Assembly: GCF_009914755.1 (NCBI RefSeq)
Contig: NC_060932.1
Reading direction: 5' to 3' (one strand)
Length of the DNA: 64,000 nt
From: the human T2T-CHM13v2.0 reference genome, Homo sapiens
The position numbers and the translations under genes were made by a program. Shown here in pieces: positions 1 through 12,745 of this stretch. The notes under the pieces were generated by a model. That model saw only the letters and a program-made list of their open reading frames with translations. It was not told the origin of the DNA and ran no database searches. How positions within the stretch are numbered: the first letter of the stretch is position 1; each line of letters starts with the position of its first letter.

Positions 1-606
1 GTTTCCAGCTGGCAAAGCAACCCTCCAAGGATCCTGTGACAGTCTAATTCATGAAGCATCAATAAAGTACTCAGAAGGGCTTTATTTCACTAGTGGAGAA
101 AAATTAATCCTAGATAAAGTGCTTCTCTGATACTATATAACAAATTTTTTCTTTTTTTTTCTTTTTTTTTTTTTTGAGAGGGCGTCTCACTCTTTTCGCC
201 CAGGCTGCAGCGCAATGGTACGATCTCAGCTCACTGCAACCTCCACCTCCCCTCTGGGTTCAAGCGATTCTCCTGCCTCACTCTCCCAAGTAGCTGGGAT
301 TACAGGTGCTTGCCACCATGACCGGCTAATTTTTGTATTTTTAGTAGAGACAGGGTTTCACTATGTTGGCCAGGCTGGTCTCGAAATCCTGACTTCAGGT
401 GATCTGCCCGCCTCAGCCTCCCAAAGTGCTGGGATTACAGGCGTGAGCCACTGCGCCCGGCCCATAACAAAACTTTACAACAAGACCCAAAATAATCAAA
501 CTTTTAAATTTCCAAGTAATTTAAATATATTCCAGAACAAATCTCAAAATATTTCTAGGAATGTAAAAATATATAGCATCCAACAAAGTAAAACTCATAA
601 TATTTA
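1..606 (+). mobile_element. Old L1M (L1MC/L1MD-like) 5'-region fragment, interrupted by an Alu at 145-462
   Basis: ccagaacaaatctcaaaatatttctaggaatgtaaaaatatatagcatccaacaaagtaaaactca resembles the 5' region of old L1M elements as I remember it. Confidence 0.5.
145..462 (-). mobile_element. AluS-family SINE, full length
   Basis: Poly-T, then both arms, ending ctgcgcccggcc; short TSD ataacaaa on both sides. Confidence 0.97.
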
Positions 607-1228
607 AAGACTAATTTGACAAAAGATATATAATACCTGTACACTGAAAACTATAAAACATTGCTGAAGTTAATTTAAGCAGACTTGAACAAATGGAGAG
701 ATAGATATACTATGTCCATGGATCTGAAGACTAAATATTTTTAATTTTTTCCAAGTTGTTCTATAGATTCAATGCAATCCCAGTGAAAATCCATAAGACT
801 TGTAGGGAAATACAATGGACCTATATTAGCCAAATCAATTTTCAAAACGAAAAACAAAATTTATACTATCTGATTTTAAGACTTATCATGAGGTTATAGT
901 AATCAAGCCAGTGTCATACTTAGGTTAATATAGGGAAATAGATCAATGATACAAAATAGATAATCCAGAAACCAAAGTAGAGAGACCAACACACATATGG
1001 TCAACTGATTTTCCACAAAGTGAGGAAAGAGTTTCATTCAAGTTTCCAACAAATGGTGCCAAAAAATTTACAAATACAAATAAGAAGAAATTTTGGTCTA
1101 CCTTGAGCCATATACAAAAGTTGAGTGAAAATGGATCATAGAGCTAAATGTGAAACATATAAATATGCAACTTATAAAAGAAACATAAGAGAAAAATCTT
1201 TATAACCTTGGATTGGGCAAATATTTCT

Positions 1229-1657
1229 TTTTTTTAATTTTATTATTATTATACTTTAAGTTTTAGGGTACATGTGCACAACGTGCAGGTTTGTTACATA
1301 TGTATACATGTGCCATGTTGGTGTGCTTCACCCATTAAACTCATCATTTAGCATTAGGTATATCTCCTAATGCTATCCCTGCCCCCGCACCCCACCCCAC
1401 AACAGTCCCCAGTGTGTGATGTTCCCCTTCCTGTGCCCATGTGTTCTCATTGTTCAATTCCCACCTATGAGTGAGAACATGCGGTGTTTGGTTTTTTGTC
1501 CTTGCGATAGTTTGCTGAGAATGATGGTTTCCAGTTTCATCCATGTCCCTGCAAAGGACATGAACTCATCATTTTTTATGGCTGCATAGTATTCCATGGT
1601 GTATATGTGCCACATTTTCTTAATCCAGTCTATTGTTGTTGGACATTTAGGTTGGTT
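1229..1657 (-). mobile_element. L1PA (about L1PA3/4) 5'-truncated 3' end
   Basis: ttatactttaagttttagggtacatgtgcacaacgtgcagg is the antisense L1PA 3'UTR; flanks caaatatttct / caaattatttct resemble a TSD. Confidence 0.95.
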
Positions 1658-1750
1658 CAAATTATTTCTCATTTATGATACCAAAAGCATGATATATAAA
1701 AGAAGAAAGCGAACTTTATCAATATTATAAACTCTTCTTCAAAAGACACT

Positions 1751-2020
1751 GCGTGTTGGCTCATGCCTATAATCCCAGCACTTTGGGAGGCTAAGGTGGG
1801 AGGATCGCTTGAACCCAGGACTTTGAGATCAGCCTGGGCAACATGGTGAGACCCTGTCTCTACCAAAAAAAAATTAGCTGGGTGTGGTGGCAAATGCCTG
1901 AGGGTGAGGTGGGAGGACTGCTTGAGCCCAGAAGTTCAAGGATGCAGTGAGCCGCTGTGATCATGCGACTGCAGTTCAGCCTTGCTGAAAGAGTAAGACT
2001 GTCTAAAAAAAAAAAAAAAA
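1751..2020 (+). mobile_element. AluJ SINE with a small internal deletion
   Basis: J-type ggaggatcgcttgaacccagga and gcttgagccca; poly-A; TSD-like aaagacactg / aaagacattg. Confidence 0.93.
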
Positions 2021-2317
2021 AAGACATTGTGAGAAGAAATATAAAGACAAATCTTACACTGGGAGAAAATATTTACAGATCATATATCTGGCAAAGGGCT
2101 TGTATCTAGGATACATAAAGAAGCCTCAAAACTCAATATTAATAATAAATTATTTATTATTATTATTGTTATCAATATGTTTAACAAATTAAAATTTTAG
2201 CAAAATATTTAAACAGACATGTCTCCAAGGGGCAAATGGCATATAAGCACAGGAATGGATCAATATCATTCTGAAAAATGCAAAGTAACCTATGGTGATA
2301 GAAAAAAAGCAAATAGT

Positions 2318-2620
2318 GGCCTGGGCATGGTGGCTCACATCTATAATCCCAGCACTTTGGGAGGCCCAGGCGGGTGGATTACCTGAGGTCAGGAGTTCAA
2401 GACCAGCCTGGACAACATGGTGAAACCCCATCTCTACTAAAAATACAAAAATGAGCTTGGCATGGTGGCGCGTGCCTGTAGTCCCAGCTACTCGGGAGGC
2501 TGAGGCAGGGGAATCACTTGTACCTGGAAGGCGGAGGTTTCAGTGAGCCGAGATCACGCCACTGCACTCCAGCCTGGGCAGCAGAGCAAGACTCTGTCTC
2601 AAAAAAAAAAGAAGAAGAAG
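2318..2620 (+). mobile_element. AluS (Sx/Sz-like) SINE
   Basis: Full dimer; TSD aaagcaaatagt at 2306-2317 and 2621-2632. Confidence 0.97.
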
Positions 2621-2829
2621 AAAGCAAATAGTTGCTTGGGGATGGGAGGACAAGGGTACATCCTGAGGCAACTTTTAAGGGTTATGGCTATGTTTGCTAT
2701 CTCGTGTGCCTTATAGATGTATCCATGTCAAAATTTATCAAATTACATACTTTAAGTGCAGTTTATTGTAATGTAAAGTGTACCTCAATAAAGACATTAA
2801 CATAATTATAGAGAATGTAATCTTATTGG

Positions 2830-3555
2830 CAGGAAAGAAAGGAAGAAATCAAAGATGACAAGAGACTGTCAAGATTTCAACTTTGAGTGACTGATGAATG
2901 TGGTGTTTTTATAAATGAGAAGAGGGAGAAGAAACAGACTGGTAGAGATAATGATGAGTTCATTGGAGACATATTGAATTTGAGATCCTGATGAGTTATT
3001 CAGGTAGAGATGTCCAACAGACAGATGAAATCTAGGTCTAGATTTCTCAAGAGGCATGGGCTGCAGATTTTAAAAAGGGTGGAGACCACATCACAAAAGT
3101 GATTACTGAATTGCTGTAAACAGATGAGCTTGCTAAAGGGAAATCGAACTGTGTGGAACTTTGAGGAATGTCTACAACTGCAGGCATAGAGAATGAGAAA
3201 AGAGTGAAAATGGAGACAATGGTTGGTAAATTATGAAATGCAGAATTGAGCATAGCCACAAATTGAAGGCCATGACAGTGTTTCAAAGATTAAACAATCT
3301 CTAGTATCAAACACAGCATTAAAGTTGTGGAAAATGAAGACTGGGCAAAAAAGTGGCAGGATATTAGTAATCTGGGTAAAAACAAAAATAAAATAAACAA
3401 ACAACACAACTTTGGAAGGATATTAGAGACCAAAACCTGATTTTGAGGGGTTAAGTATTGCATGGATTTGAATAAACAGAGGCACATAACCTCCTGCCAT
3501 TTTTTAAAAGAACACAGATGGAAAGGTAGTTTGTAAAGATTCATGGTCAATAAAA
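2830..3555 (-). mobile_element. L2 LINE fragment
   Basis: Purine-rich antisense L2-like text (atcaaagatgac; gatgagttcattggagacatattgaatttgagat; ggtagagatgtccaacagacag). Confidence 0.7.
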
Positions 3556-3560
3556 GTAGT

Positions 3561-3815
3561 TTCTTTTTTTGAGACAGGGACCCACTCTGTTGCCCTGGCA
3601 GGAGTGCAGGGACGTCATCACAGCTCACTGTAGCCTTGACCCAAGCAGTTGAGACGACAGGCACACACCACCATACCTGGCTAACTTTTATATGTTTTGT
3701 AGAGATGGGGACTCCCTCTGTTGCCCAGTTTGGTCTCAAAATCCTGGGCTCAAGCAATCCTCCTGCTTCAGCCTCCCAAAGTGTTGGGATTACAGGTGTG
3801 AGCCTGCAACTGGCC
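3561..3815 (-). mobile_element. AluJ SINE with an internal deletion in the right arm
   Basis: gagacaggg...cagctcactgtagccttgacc...cctgggctcaagcaatcctcctg. Confidence 0.92.
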
Positions 3816-4031
3816 AAAAGTGTCTTCTATTAGAGTTTGGGTAATAGGGATGTGATTTGAGGTAGGGAAGAGAAAAGTAGCAGGAGGGATTGTAGATAAA
3901 AGCCACGTTTATTGTACAGTGGTACTCATACTGGTTGTGCATTAGAACCAGCTGGGGGAGCGTTAGGACATACCCATGCCTTTGGAGAGTCAAAGCAGAA
4001 TCTGAGGTTAGAGCAAAACCTGGGGAGCTTC

Positions 4032-4429
<398 letters not shown>

Positions 4430-4475
4430 TTACACATGTGCTTTTGGCATAGGAAACAAATGGCTCTTCCTTGTA

Positions 4476-4562
4476 AGAGGAAGAAGAGGAGGAGGACAAC
4501 CAGGAGGAGCAGGAGGGAGGAGTAGGAAGAGGAGGGAGAGCAGCAGGAGGAAGGGGAAGCAG
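4476..4562 (+). repeat. GA-rich low-complexity tract (GGA-like)
   Basis: gaggaagaagaggaggaggacaaccaggaggagcaggagggagg... Confidence 0.8.
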
Positions 4563-5029
4563 AACTCCTTCTTGATGTTTTGTTGTTTGTTGCTGTGAGG
4601 AGACACTTTCTATGACTTTTACCCCCTTGGCTTCCACATATAATTATTATTTGGAGTCAAAGTGAGTGAGAGAAATGTGAGCTCTTCAAAGAGAAAATGT
4701 AATTTTGAAGCATCTCCTCTTGTCTTCTCTGGATTTTGAAGGTCATACCAGGCAGTTTCTGCTTCAGCTGTAACTGAGTTAGCCACCCACGCCACTGTCA
4801 AGGGTCGCCTCAAGCAATAAAATGGTGTCATCCAACACTAGTGCTCTGTCTCCAGCCTGCAGGGGGTCAGGCTATATTGTCTTTTTTAAACGACCTCAGG
4901 ATGCTGTGCACTTGAGTTCTCTCTGGTTTTAGTTTATTTTCAAGCTCTTCCAACATAAGCTGTTATTATTTTTTTATTTTTATTTTTTGCTATTAGTAGG
5001 TGACTAACTCTGTAGCAGAGATGGATAAT

Positions 5030-5185
5030 GATATGGTGGGAAAGACATGGGCTTTGATGGAGACTGACCAGGGCTCATGTCTCTGCTCTGGACTTTACAG
5101 CTATAGGCAATTTTTTTTTTTAAACTTCATCAAGCCTGATTTTAGTTTTTTAATCTATAATAGAGAAATAAATAATGTCTGTTTT
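5030..5185 (+). mobile_element. MIR SINE
   Basis: tggtgggaaagacatgggcttt...aagcctgattttag...atctataatagagaaataaataat matches the MIR core. Confidence 0.65.
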
Positions 5186-5220
5186 TTTGTTCATTCATGC
5201 ATGAATATTAGAACCGTTGT

Positions 5221-5315
5221 CTCTCTCTGTATATATATATATACACACATATATACATACATATATATATACACACACACACCTATGCATATATGCATTC
5301 CACATATGCATATAT
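5221..5315. repeat. Mixed (CT)/(TA)/(CA) microsatellite
   Basis: Direct reading. Confidence 0.85.
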
Positions 5316-5392
5316 GGAATGTAGTAGAAAACCACCTGTTTTCTCCTACTCTAAACTCATATTCTCAGTCAATATTTTGCTTCTGACACTAG

Positions 5393-5394
<2 letters not shown>

Positions 5395-5426
<32 letters not shown>
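5395..5426. repeat. (TG)n microsatellite, about 16 units
   Basis: Direct reading. Confidence 0.95.
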
Positions 5427-5430
<4 letters not shown>

Positions 5431-5835
5431 CATACATTGATTCTCTGCAGACAGCAAGGGGTATCCTACAGTTTAACTCAATTCTCATGCTATCTGTCTG
5501 GAGATAGCATTAGATCCCACAGGTTAAGGGCTCACAACCAAGATTGCCCTCACTTCAGATGTTAACTGCAAGTCTCAGGTTGTGGCTTGTGCTTCTGACT
5601 GACAGGCTATAAATTGAAGGTTCTCATGAACCTTTTCTTGGGTATGATGATTTGCTAGAATGTCTCACAGAACTCAGAGAAACACTTTACTTATGTTTGC
5701 CCATTTATTATAAAAGAATACAACTCGGGAACAGCCAGACAGAAGAGATGCATTGGGAGAGGTATGGAGACAGGGATGCGGAGCTTGCATGTCCTCTTGG
5801 GGCAAGCCACCTTCCACATGTTCAGCAAACTGGGA

Positions 5836-5973
5836 GCTAATTTTTGTATTTTTAGTAGAGACGGGGTTTCACCATGTTGGCTAGACTGGTCTCAAACTCC
5901 TGGCCTCAAGTTATCCACCTGCCTTGGCCTCCTAAAATGCTGGTATTACAGGCATGGGCCACTATGCCCGGCC
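5836..5973 (-). mobile_element. AluS left arm only
   Basis: gctaatttttgtatttttagtagagacgggg...ccactatgcccggcc; no right arm and no poly-T. Confidence 0.93.
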
Positions 5974-6002
5974 CTCAAAATATGTATTTCTTATCATAAA
6001 TC

Positions 6003-6034
6003 TATATATATACATATATACATATATATATGTA

Positions 6035-6066
<32 letters not shown>
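6003..6066. repeat. Interrupted (TA)n microsatellite
   Basis: Direct reading. Confidence 0.95.
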
Positions 6067-8049
6067 AAACATAACAGGTGATTTGAAGCATAGTGGCATA
6101 GCAGTGAAAAGTAAATGCTAGCTGTTACTAGTGTCTTTTCTCATGCTTTTAAATTTACTTATTATAATCCTTTAGACCAGTGGTTCACAAAATGTTCTCT
6201 TCAGATCTACAATATCTGATCTGACACGTGATAATAAATAACATGGTTGAGTCCAGTTTTTCCCAACTTTTTATCCTCTTCACCTGCCTCCTAAACCATT
6301 GGTTTCTATTTGCCTTTGGATTTGTCCTTGAAAAAGGTCCGCTTTTTTGTGGCATCTTGGCTTCTAGGTTGGTACACTGGGTTTCTCGACTTCATCTGAT
6401 TTCAGTTCCGTGCAATAAATAATAGCCATTTTAGCTAGAGTTCTAGCTATGAATAGCTTCTTTCCTCATAACTTCATCTTATATTTATTGCCTAAAATGA
6501 TAGATTGAAAGTCATTACCTAGCAACTGGCACATTTTTTTCTTGTGGTCTAGTTACTTGTAATGATTGACTATTGCTGTAGCTTCACTTGCTCGTCCTGG
6601 TCAAAAATGGATATAAGGGGTCTATAAATAGAGACCATTTACATACTCTCAAGATTATCAGTGCAACTTACTGAAATGAGTTCATTTGTACAGAATACTT
6701 TGTCTATCAATTTATTTCTCACATCTTCAAAAGGAGTAGCTGATTCAAACCTATCTAGGATTTTATACTTACAGTACCTTTATTAGTTCTGTTATCTCAA
6801 ACCCCAGATCTCCTGTTGGAGACTGGCTTTTTGTGGCTCTGTAAAAAAAGCAACTAAAATCTTAAAGCAAGAAAGAATACAAAAATTTTTATATCGCTTC
6901 ATGTTCATTTCCCATATATTGCTCTGTCACAAAAAATTAATGCTTTGTACTTTAAAAGAGCCTTTCATCCAAAAACCTCAAAGAACTTTATAAATAAGTA
7001 AGCATGGTTATTCACCTTTACAGGTTGGGAATGATGCACAAAGCTGTTAAAAGTGTATTGTGCATTATTGCCAAGCTCAGGAAAAAGTTCATTTTAATTT
7101 AATGCATATAAAATTAATTGATTTGGTGTTTAAAAAGTGTGCACACTACGTTTCTCTAGGCCTCAACCGACTACAGATATTAACAAAGGTACAACAATGG
7201 TAAACCCAAATTTCCCTGGCTTTTCTCTCCTTGTGCGTGACTTAAGACCTCAGCTTCCTGCAAAGCCCCTTATGTATATCTGGGTGTCTCTAGGAGGCAT
7301 CTCTCCCATGCTCAAGAACTGTCCATCCCTGCTGGGCCTCCTCTGCTTCACTGAGCAGCAGAGTTTCCAATCAGGTGCTGGAATGCAGTTTCCCTCCATT
7401 GCACAGCCAGACACTCTCACAAAGTTAATCATGCCCCTTAGGTGCTTACCAACCTGTAGTGATGTGGGAGAGTGGGTACTCTTCCCTGCCTGTAATCTTC
7501 TATGATGAGGCAGTCCAAGGTGAAGCATCTTGAACTCCACTTCTTTGCAAGTGGTGTTTCCTCTCAAGGAAAATAGTTCTGTCACTTCTTACTCCCCCCA
7601 GCCCCCCGCGCCCCCCACACGGACAGCTGGGCTCAGAGACATGGTCTGATGTTGAACATTATGTCAGACTCAGAGGTTAGTGGCTTTTGCATGCTTGACA
7701 CCATGGCCTGCTCCACCACATGCTCCCTGGTGTGCACTCCAGGAGGCTGACTTGTAAGCAAGAGGAATGCAGCCCGTATGCTCCTGGGCCTGGCGTGTTA
7801 CAATCAGGAGGTTCTCCTGATGAACATGGAACCTTCACAGAACTTCAGTGTCAGAAAAGACTGCTCTGTGATCAGAATAGATCAAGAAAACAATACCCCT
7901 CTGTATCATATTGGAACACAGACAAAAACATGAATGTTTTCCAAGCCACAAAAATGGACAATCACTTAGTTAGAAGAGGAAAATGCTATCAGGAAGTGGG
8001 GGAAATTCTATACTCAGATATCTTAGTAAACCTTATCTAGAATGAGGGA

Positions 8050-8314
8050 GCAATACAATGAGATTAAAGAAGCTGTTTTTGCCTCCCTTTGCTGACAGCA
8101 GCCAATCCAAGATGAAGCCTCTTCCTTCCTTCAGCCTTTCCCCTGATTACCCACCACCATCCCAATTTAAGATATGCTAAGTCCTAACATCCCCTCACAG
8201 AGACTCCCCACAGTTCTCTATGGTGAGCATTCTGGCCCACTATAATGAGCAACAAACCCAACATGTTCAACTACAGGTGTGTTCTTGGGGGTTGTTGGCT
8301 GGGGAGCATTGACA
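8050..8314 (+). mobile_element. ERVL-type LTR 3' part (MER74/MER54-like)
   Basis: 3' end aaacccaacatgttcaactacaggtgtgttcttggg...ggctggggagcattgaca. Confidence 0.65.
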
Positions 8315-8334
8315 TCCAACTGAACGTAACAATG

Positions 8335-8636
8335 TGACATGATTTGGCTGTGCCACACCCAAATCTCAACTTGAATTGTATCTCCCAGAATTCCCACATG
8401 TTTTGGGAAGTACCCAGTGGGAGGTAATTGAATCACAGAGGCTGGTCTTTCCCATGCTATTCTCGTGATAGTGAATACGTCTCATGAAATCTGATGAATT
8501 TATCAGGGGTTTCTGCTTTTGCTTCCTCCTCATTTTCTCTTGCTGCTGCCATGTGGAACTGTAAGTCAAATTAAACTTCTTTTTCTTCCCAGTCTCAGAT
8601 ATGTCTTTATCAGCAGCATGAAAATAGACTAATACA
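8335..8636 (+). mobile_element. THE1A MaLR solo LTR with an internal deletion
   Basis: TG...CA ends; aaatctcaacttgaattgtatctcccagaattccc; perfect 5-bp TSD caatg at 8330-8334 and 8637-8641. Confidence 0.93.
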
Positions 8637-8641
8637 CAATG

Positions 8642-8960
8642 GCTCTTTTACCCTCTGATGTTTGTTGGGTTTGGCCAAAGGAGGGACCATTGGAGTGTAA
8701 GAGGAGAATGGGGTCAGGGTACTTATTCCCCCATCTCCCTCCCTCCTGCAACCTGTGTCCTCTCTTTCCACATTCCAGTGACCACATAGGCCCCACCGTG
8801 TCATTAGCCCTGAGACACTTCATCAGCTCTTGTTGGTTTCCCTACATTCTGACCACGTGTGTAGCATCTGTTTATTAAAAGTTTAGTGAACCAATATGAG
8901 AGTGCTGACAATTTATAGCAACAACCAAAGCTTCCTTATTAGATTCTCCTCATTACATTC
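8642..8960. mobile_element. Old ERVL LTR fragment (LTR33-like)
   Basis: ccctctgatgtttgttgggtttggccaaaggagg...ggtcagggtacttattccccc resembles LTR33. Confidence 0.5.
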
Positions 8961-9435
8961 TGACCCTTTTCTCTTAGGTTGTCTTCTTCCCGGAATATTT
9001 TTCAGTCCTCATGCAAACAGGCCTCTGGCTTGTCTGCCTCACTGGTTTGCCAGGCACACCCCAGATAGGGTGGAATTATGCTTGGACAAGTTATCCTTTT
9101 TTGCTGCCCTAACCTAAGTAATAAGCTTAGGAAAAAAAACTTCAAAAATCATTAAATTTCAAGATCAACTGACCGGTAGGATTTTCTTTCTGACTGTAAT
9201 GTCAGAAAACTGCAATTGCATACGAGTTGTGGAAATCATGTCCCAGAGGAAAAAAATTAGGGGTATGAAGATGTATATATCCAAGAATAAACCCATTTTC
9301 ACTATAAAGAAAGAAAAAGAATATTAATCAAACACATCAATGACCCTAACAATGAATTACCTAAGAGATCACCCTTAACACATTCAAAGATGTTTAGCAT
9401 TTTAATACTTATTTTTTTCTTTTAAAACCAACCAC

Positions 9436-9649
9436 TCAACAATAGGAAATGGGGAATAATATAGTGGGGAGGGAAAGAAAGGGGAAAGGGTTGAAAAATC
9501 TACCTAGTGGGTATGATGCTCACTACCTGGGTGACAGGCTCAATTATACCTCAAACCACAGCATCATGCAATATACTCATGTAACCAACCTGTACATGTA
9601 CCCCCTGAATCTAAAATAAAAGTTGAAATTATAAAAATTAAAATAAAAC
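9436..9649 (+). mobile_element. L1PB/late-L1PA 3' end, strongly 5'-truncated
   Basis: gggttgaaaaatctaccta...cctgtacatgtaccccctgaatctaaaataaaagttgaa; 12-bp TSD aaaac(c/t)aaccac at 9424-9435 and 9650-9661. Confidence 0.9.
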
Positions 9650-10539
9650 AAAACTAACCACAGACAGATTAAAGTCCAAGAAACACAGTAGACAAATTTC
9701 CTTTCATGGAAGCTACTCTGCAAGGAAATGCCGATCCTAGCATCATGTTTTAAGTTTTAGCACACTATTTGTTCTCCTCCTGGCTTAGTTTGGTTCTATT
9801 ATTGTTTTACCAAGAATGATACACTTTCTTTTTAAATATGTGATTTTGAAAAGCTTTCCCTACAGATGCAATTGTTTCAAAATTGCATGTTGGGGCTACA
9901 TTTCTTTGTTCCTGTGGGAATACATCTTTACTTATATAATGTAAGTCAGTATGAAAATAAGATTTGCTTGAAGAAAATTGTTTTCCAGCCATGGTTCAGG
10001 ACCACTTGTAGTCTATCAGGCAGCTGCACCAATGTTATGTGCAGAAATCCACTGACCCCAATGTTTCTTTCAGGGAGACCTATGGATAGTTCTAGAGATG
10101 TTTACAAGAGGCAATGTGTACAGTTTCTAAAACATTTTAACGTAATTGAAAAATAAAAAAGATGAAGGACAACAAAGGAATCTCCTGCTTCTAAAGTGCT
10201 ACCTCCAGGAGTCAGCAAAGCTGTCTAGAGGCTCTTCTTTGGAGGTAATTTTTCTCAAAGACTGAGGAAAGCTGTTTTTTACCCCACTTGTGGTTAAGTG
10301 TGTTCATATGAACTCTTATTTTATATAAACACACATTATGGAGATGGAAAATTTTGCATGAATTTAAAGATTAAACATGGTACATTCAAGGAAATTTCAT
10401 GTTTGTGGTGGGCTGCATTGAGCCATGGCCTCAGACCCTATGGGAACACTAAGACTTTTACATTTGTTATTAGGCAATATCTATAAATTATATGCATCAT
10501 ACATAGGGTGATCAGTTTATTATAGACTTGGAAATGCAC

Positions 10540-10708
10540 AAGTGACTACTAGCTGTGTGAGGCAAGTTACTTAATCTCTCTAAGCCTCAGTTTCTCATTT
10601 GGGGAAACGATTGTACACTAAACTCAGAGTGCTCGTGAAGATTAAATGCCATCCATACTTAGTTTGGCAAAGTTCCAGGCCCAATATGTATTAGTTATTA
10701 TTATTACC
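10540..10708 (+). mobile_element. MIR SINE
   Basis: tactagctgtgtgaggcaagttacttaatctctctaagcctcagtttctcat. Confidence 0.85.
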
Positions 10709-10939
10709 GTAGATATATTAGTTTAATATTTTGACTTGAAAACTGATATATCTTATAAAATGTGGAGGGGGCTTAAAGTGATCTTTAAGAGGTCATACTC
10801 TATACTATATGCATACTTTACAAATTATCTTCTTTGCAAATTTCTGGGAACACATAATTCTCAACCAATAACAGATCAATTTTATTTATTGTAACTTTTG
10901 AGAAGTATGTAAGGCATGCTACTGTAAAAATAAACCCAA

Positions 10940-12745
10940 CTCCTGCATCTATGATTAATTGATTTTGACGAGGATGCCAAGACAATTTAATGGGGAAAAG
11001 GAGTCTTTTCAACAAATGGTGCTGGAATAGTTAAACATCTATTTGCAAAACAATAACATGGGACTCTTGGCTTAAATCATACACAAAAATTAACACAGAA
11101 TGGATTAAAGATGTAGATGTAGAAGATAAAATGGTAAAAGTCTTAGAAGATAAAATAAGAGTAAACCTTTGTGACCTTGGCTAGGCAATGGTTTGTTGAA
11201 TAGAACAATGTAAGTACAAGTGATAAAAGAAAAAAAATAGATTGGACTACACTAAAATTAAGAATTTTACACTGCAAATGATAACGTCAAAAAATGAAAG
11301 GACAGAAGATGGAATGAGAGAAAATATCTGCAAATCTTATATCTGATAAGGGACTTGTATTCAAAATACATAAAGAATTCTGACTACTCAATAAAAAGAC
11401 AAATAACCAAATTTAAAATTGGTCAAAAGATATGAATAGACATTTCTCCAAGGAAAATATACAAATGATCAATAAGTACATATAAAAATGCTCAGCATTG
11501 TTAGTCATTCTGCAAATGTAAACTAAAATCACGTTGAGATACCATCTCATAAACACTGGGATGGCTATCGTGAAAAGGTTGCAAAATGACAAATGTTGGT
11601 GAGGATGTGGAGAAATTGCAACTTTCACACATTGCTGGTGGGAATGTAAAATGGTTCAGCCACTTTGGAAAACACTCTGAGAGGTCCTTAAAATGATTAG
11701 CATATAGTTATCATGTGACCCAGTGATTATACTCCTTAGTACACTCCTTAGTATATATCCAAGAGAAATAAAAACATTTGCACACATAAAAATGTGTAGA
11801 TGAGTATTTATAGCAGTGTTACCTATAACATAGAAGTAGAAACAACCCAAAAGTCCATCAACTGATGAATGACTAAACAAAATGCAGTATATCCATACAG
11901 TGAAGTATTACTTGACAATCAAAAGAAATGAAGTACTGATACATGATACATCATGAATGAACCCTGAAAAACATGCTAGGTGAAATAAGTTGGTAGCAAG
12001 AGACCATATATTGTGTGATTGCATTCATATGAAATGTCTGGGATAGACAGATCTACAAAGACAGAAAGCAGGTCAGTGGTTGCCAGGGACTGGGAGGAGA
12101 GGAGGCTTGGAGAGAATGGGGAGTGGCTGCTAATGGGTACAGGATTTTTTTTTTTTTTTTTTGGGTCAGGTCATGAAATTGTTCTAAAATTAGACTGATG
12201 ATTGCTTGGCCCCTTGAATATATTTTAAACATTGAATTGTGCATTTAAAATGGGTAAATTGCAATAGCAAAGACTTGGAACCAACCCAAATGCCCACCAA
12301 TGATAGACTGGATTAAGAAAATGTGGCACATATACGCCATAAAAAAGGATGAGTTCATGTCTTTTGTAGGGTCATGGATAAAGCTGGAAACCATCACTCT
12401 GAGCAAACTATCGCAAGGACAGAAAACCAAACACTGCATGTTCTCACTCATAGGTGGGAAATGAACAATGAGAATACTTGGACACAGGGTGGGGAACATC
12501 ACACACCGGGGCCTGTCGTGGGGTAGGGGGAGTGGGGAGGGATAGCATTAGGAGATATACCTAATGTAAATGACGAGTTAATGGGTGAAGCACACCAACA
12601 TGGCACATGTATACATATGTAACAAACCTGCACATTGTGCACATGTACCCTAGAACTTAAAGTAAAATTAAAAATAAAATAAACTAAAATGAGGGAATTG
12701 TATGTATTGTTTAATTTCAATATGGTTGTTTTTTAAAAAAGAAAG
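10940..12745 (+). mobile_element. L1MB-like LINE (ORF2 3' part plus 3'UTR) with a nested L1PA
   Basis: ttttcaacaaatggtgctgg; gacatttctccaaggaaaatatacaaatg; gaaatgaagtactgatacatg; 3' end resumes at about 12686. Confidence 0.9.
12261..12685 (+). mobile_element. L1PA (about L1PA5/6) 5'-truncated 3' end
   Basis: caatagcaaagacttggaaccaacccaaatg...tagaacttaaagta; G-rich 3'UTR; diverged TSD aaaatgggtaaatt / aaaatgagggaatt. Confidence 0.95.

Larger units (their letters stand above)
607..2800 (+). mobile_element. Old L1M (L1MC/ME-like) ORF2 3' part and 3' end, fragmented by an L1PA and two Alus
   Basis: Degenerate ORF2 motifs (acactgaaaactataaaacattgctga; tatagattcaatgcaatccca; caacaaatggtgc); 3' end gtttattgtaatgtaaagtgtacctcaataaag. 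Confidence 0.8.
5320..6003 (-). mobile_element. MER21-family LTR containing a (GT)n and an Alu left arm
   Basis: ctggagatagcattagatcccacaggttaagggctca and atttgctagaatgtctcacagaactcag; terminus aaatatgtatttcttatcataaatc. Confidence 0.8.

Noticed and set aside
215-607. ORFs with Alu-derived peptides (also 3290-3817, 4148-4384, 14061-14381, 18914-19291, 20918-21421, 57418-57672, 63084-63287)
   Set aside because: These are translations of Alu sequence ([29 protein letters not shown]), not genes
6432-6449. Small palindrome tagctaga-gt-tctagcta
   Set aside because: 8-bp arms are expected by chance in 64 kb
7137-8040. ORFs of 106-122 aa in unique sequence (also 30539-30952 and 42722-43378)
   Set aside because: No recognisable protein similarity or coherent exon chain; lengths are compatible with chance
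8987-8995. Perfect STAT site TTCCCGGAA and other isolated GAS, E-box and FOX motifs
   Set aside because: Single short motifs without clustering are expected by chance
12508-12541. G-quadruplex-like G-run cluster
   Set aside because: It is the standard G-rich tract of the L1PA 3'UTR
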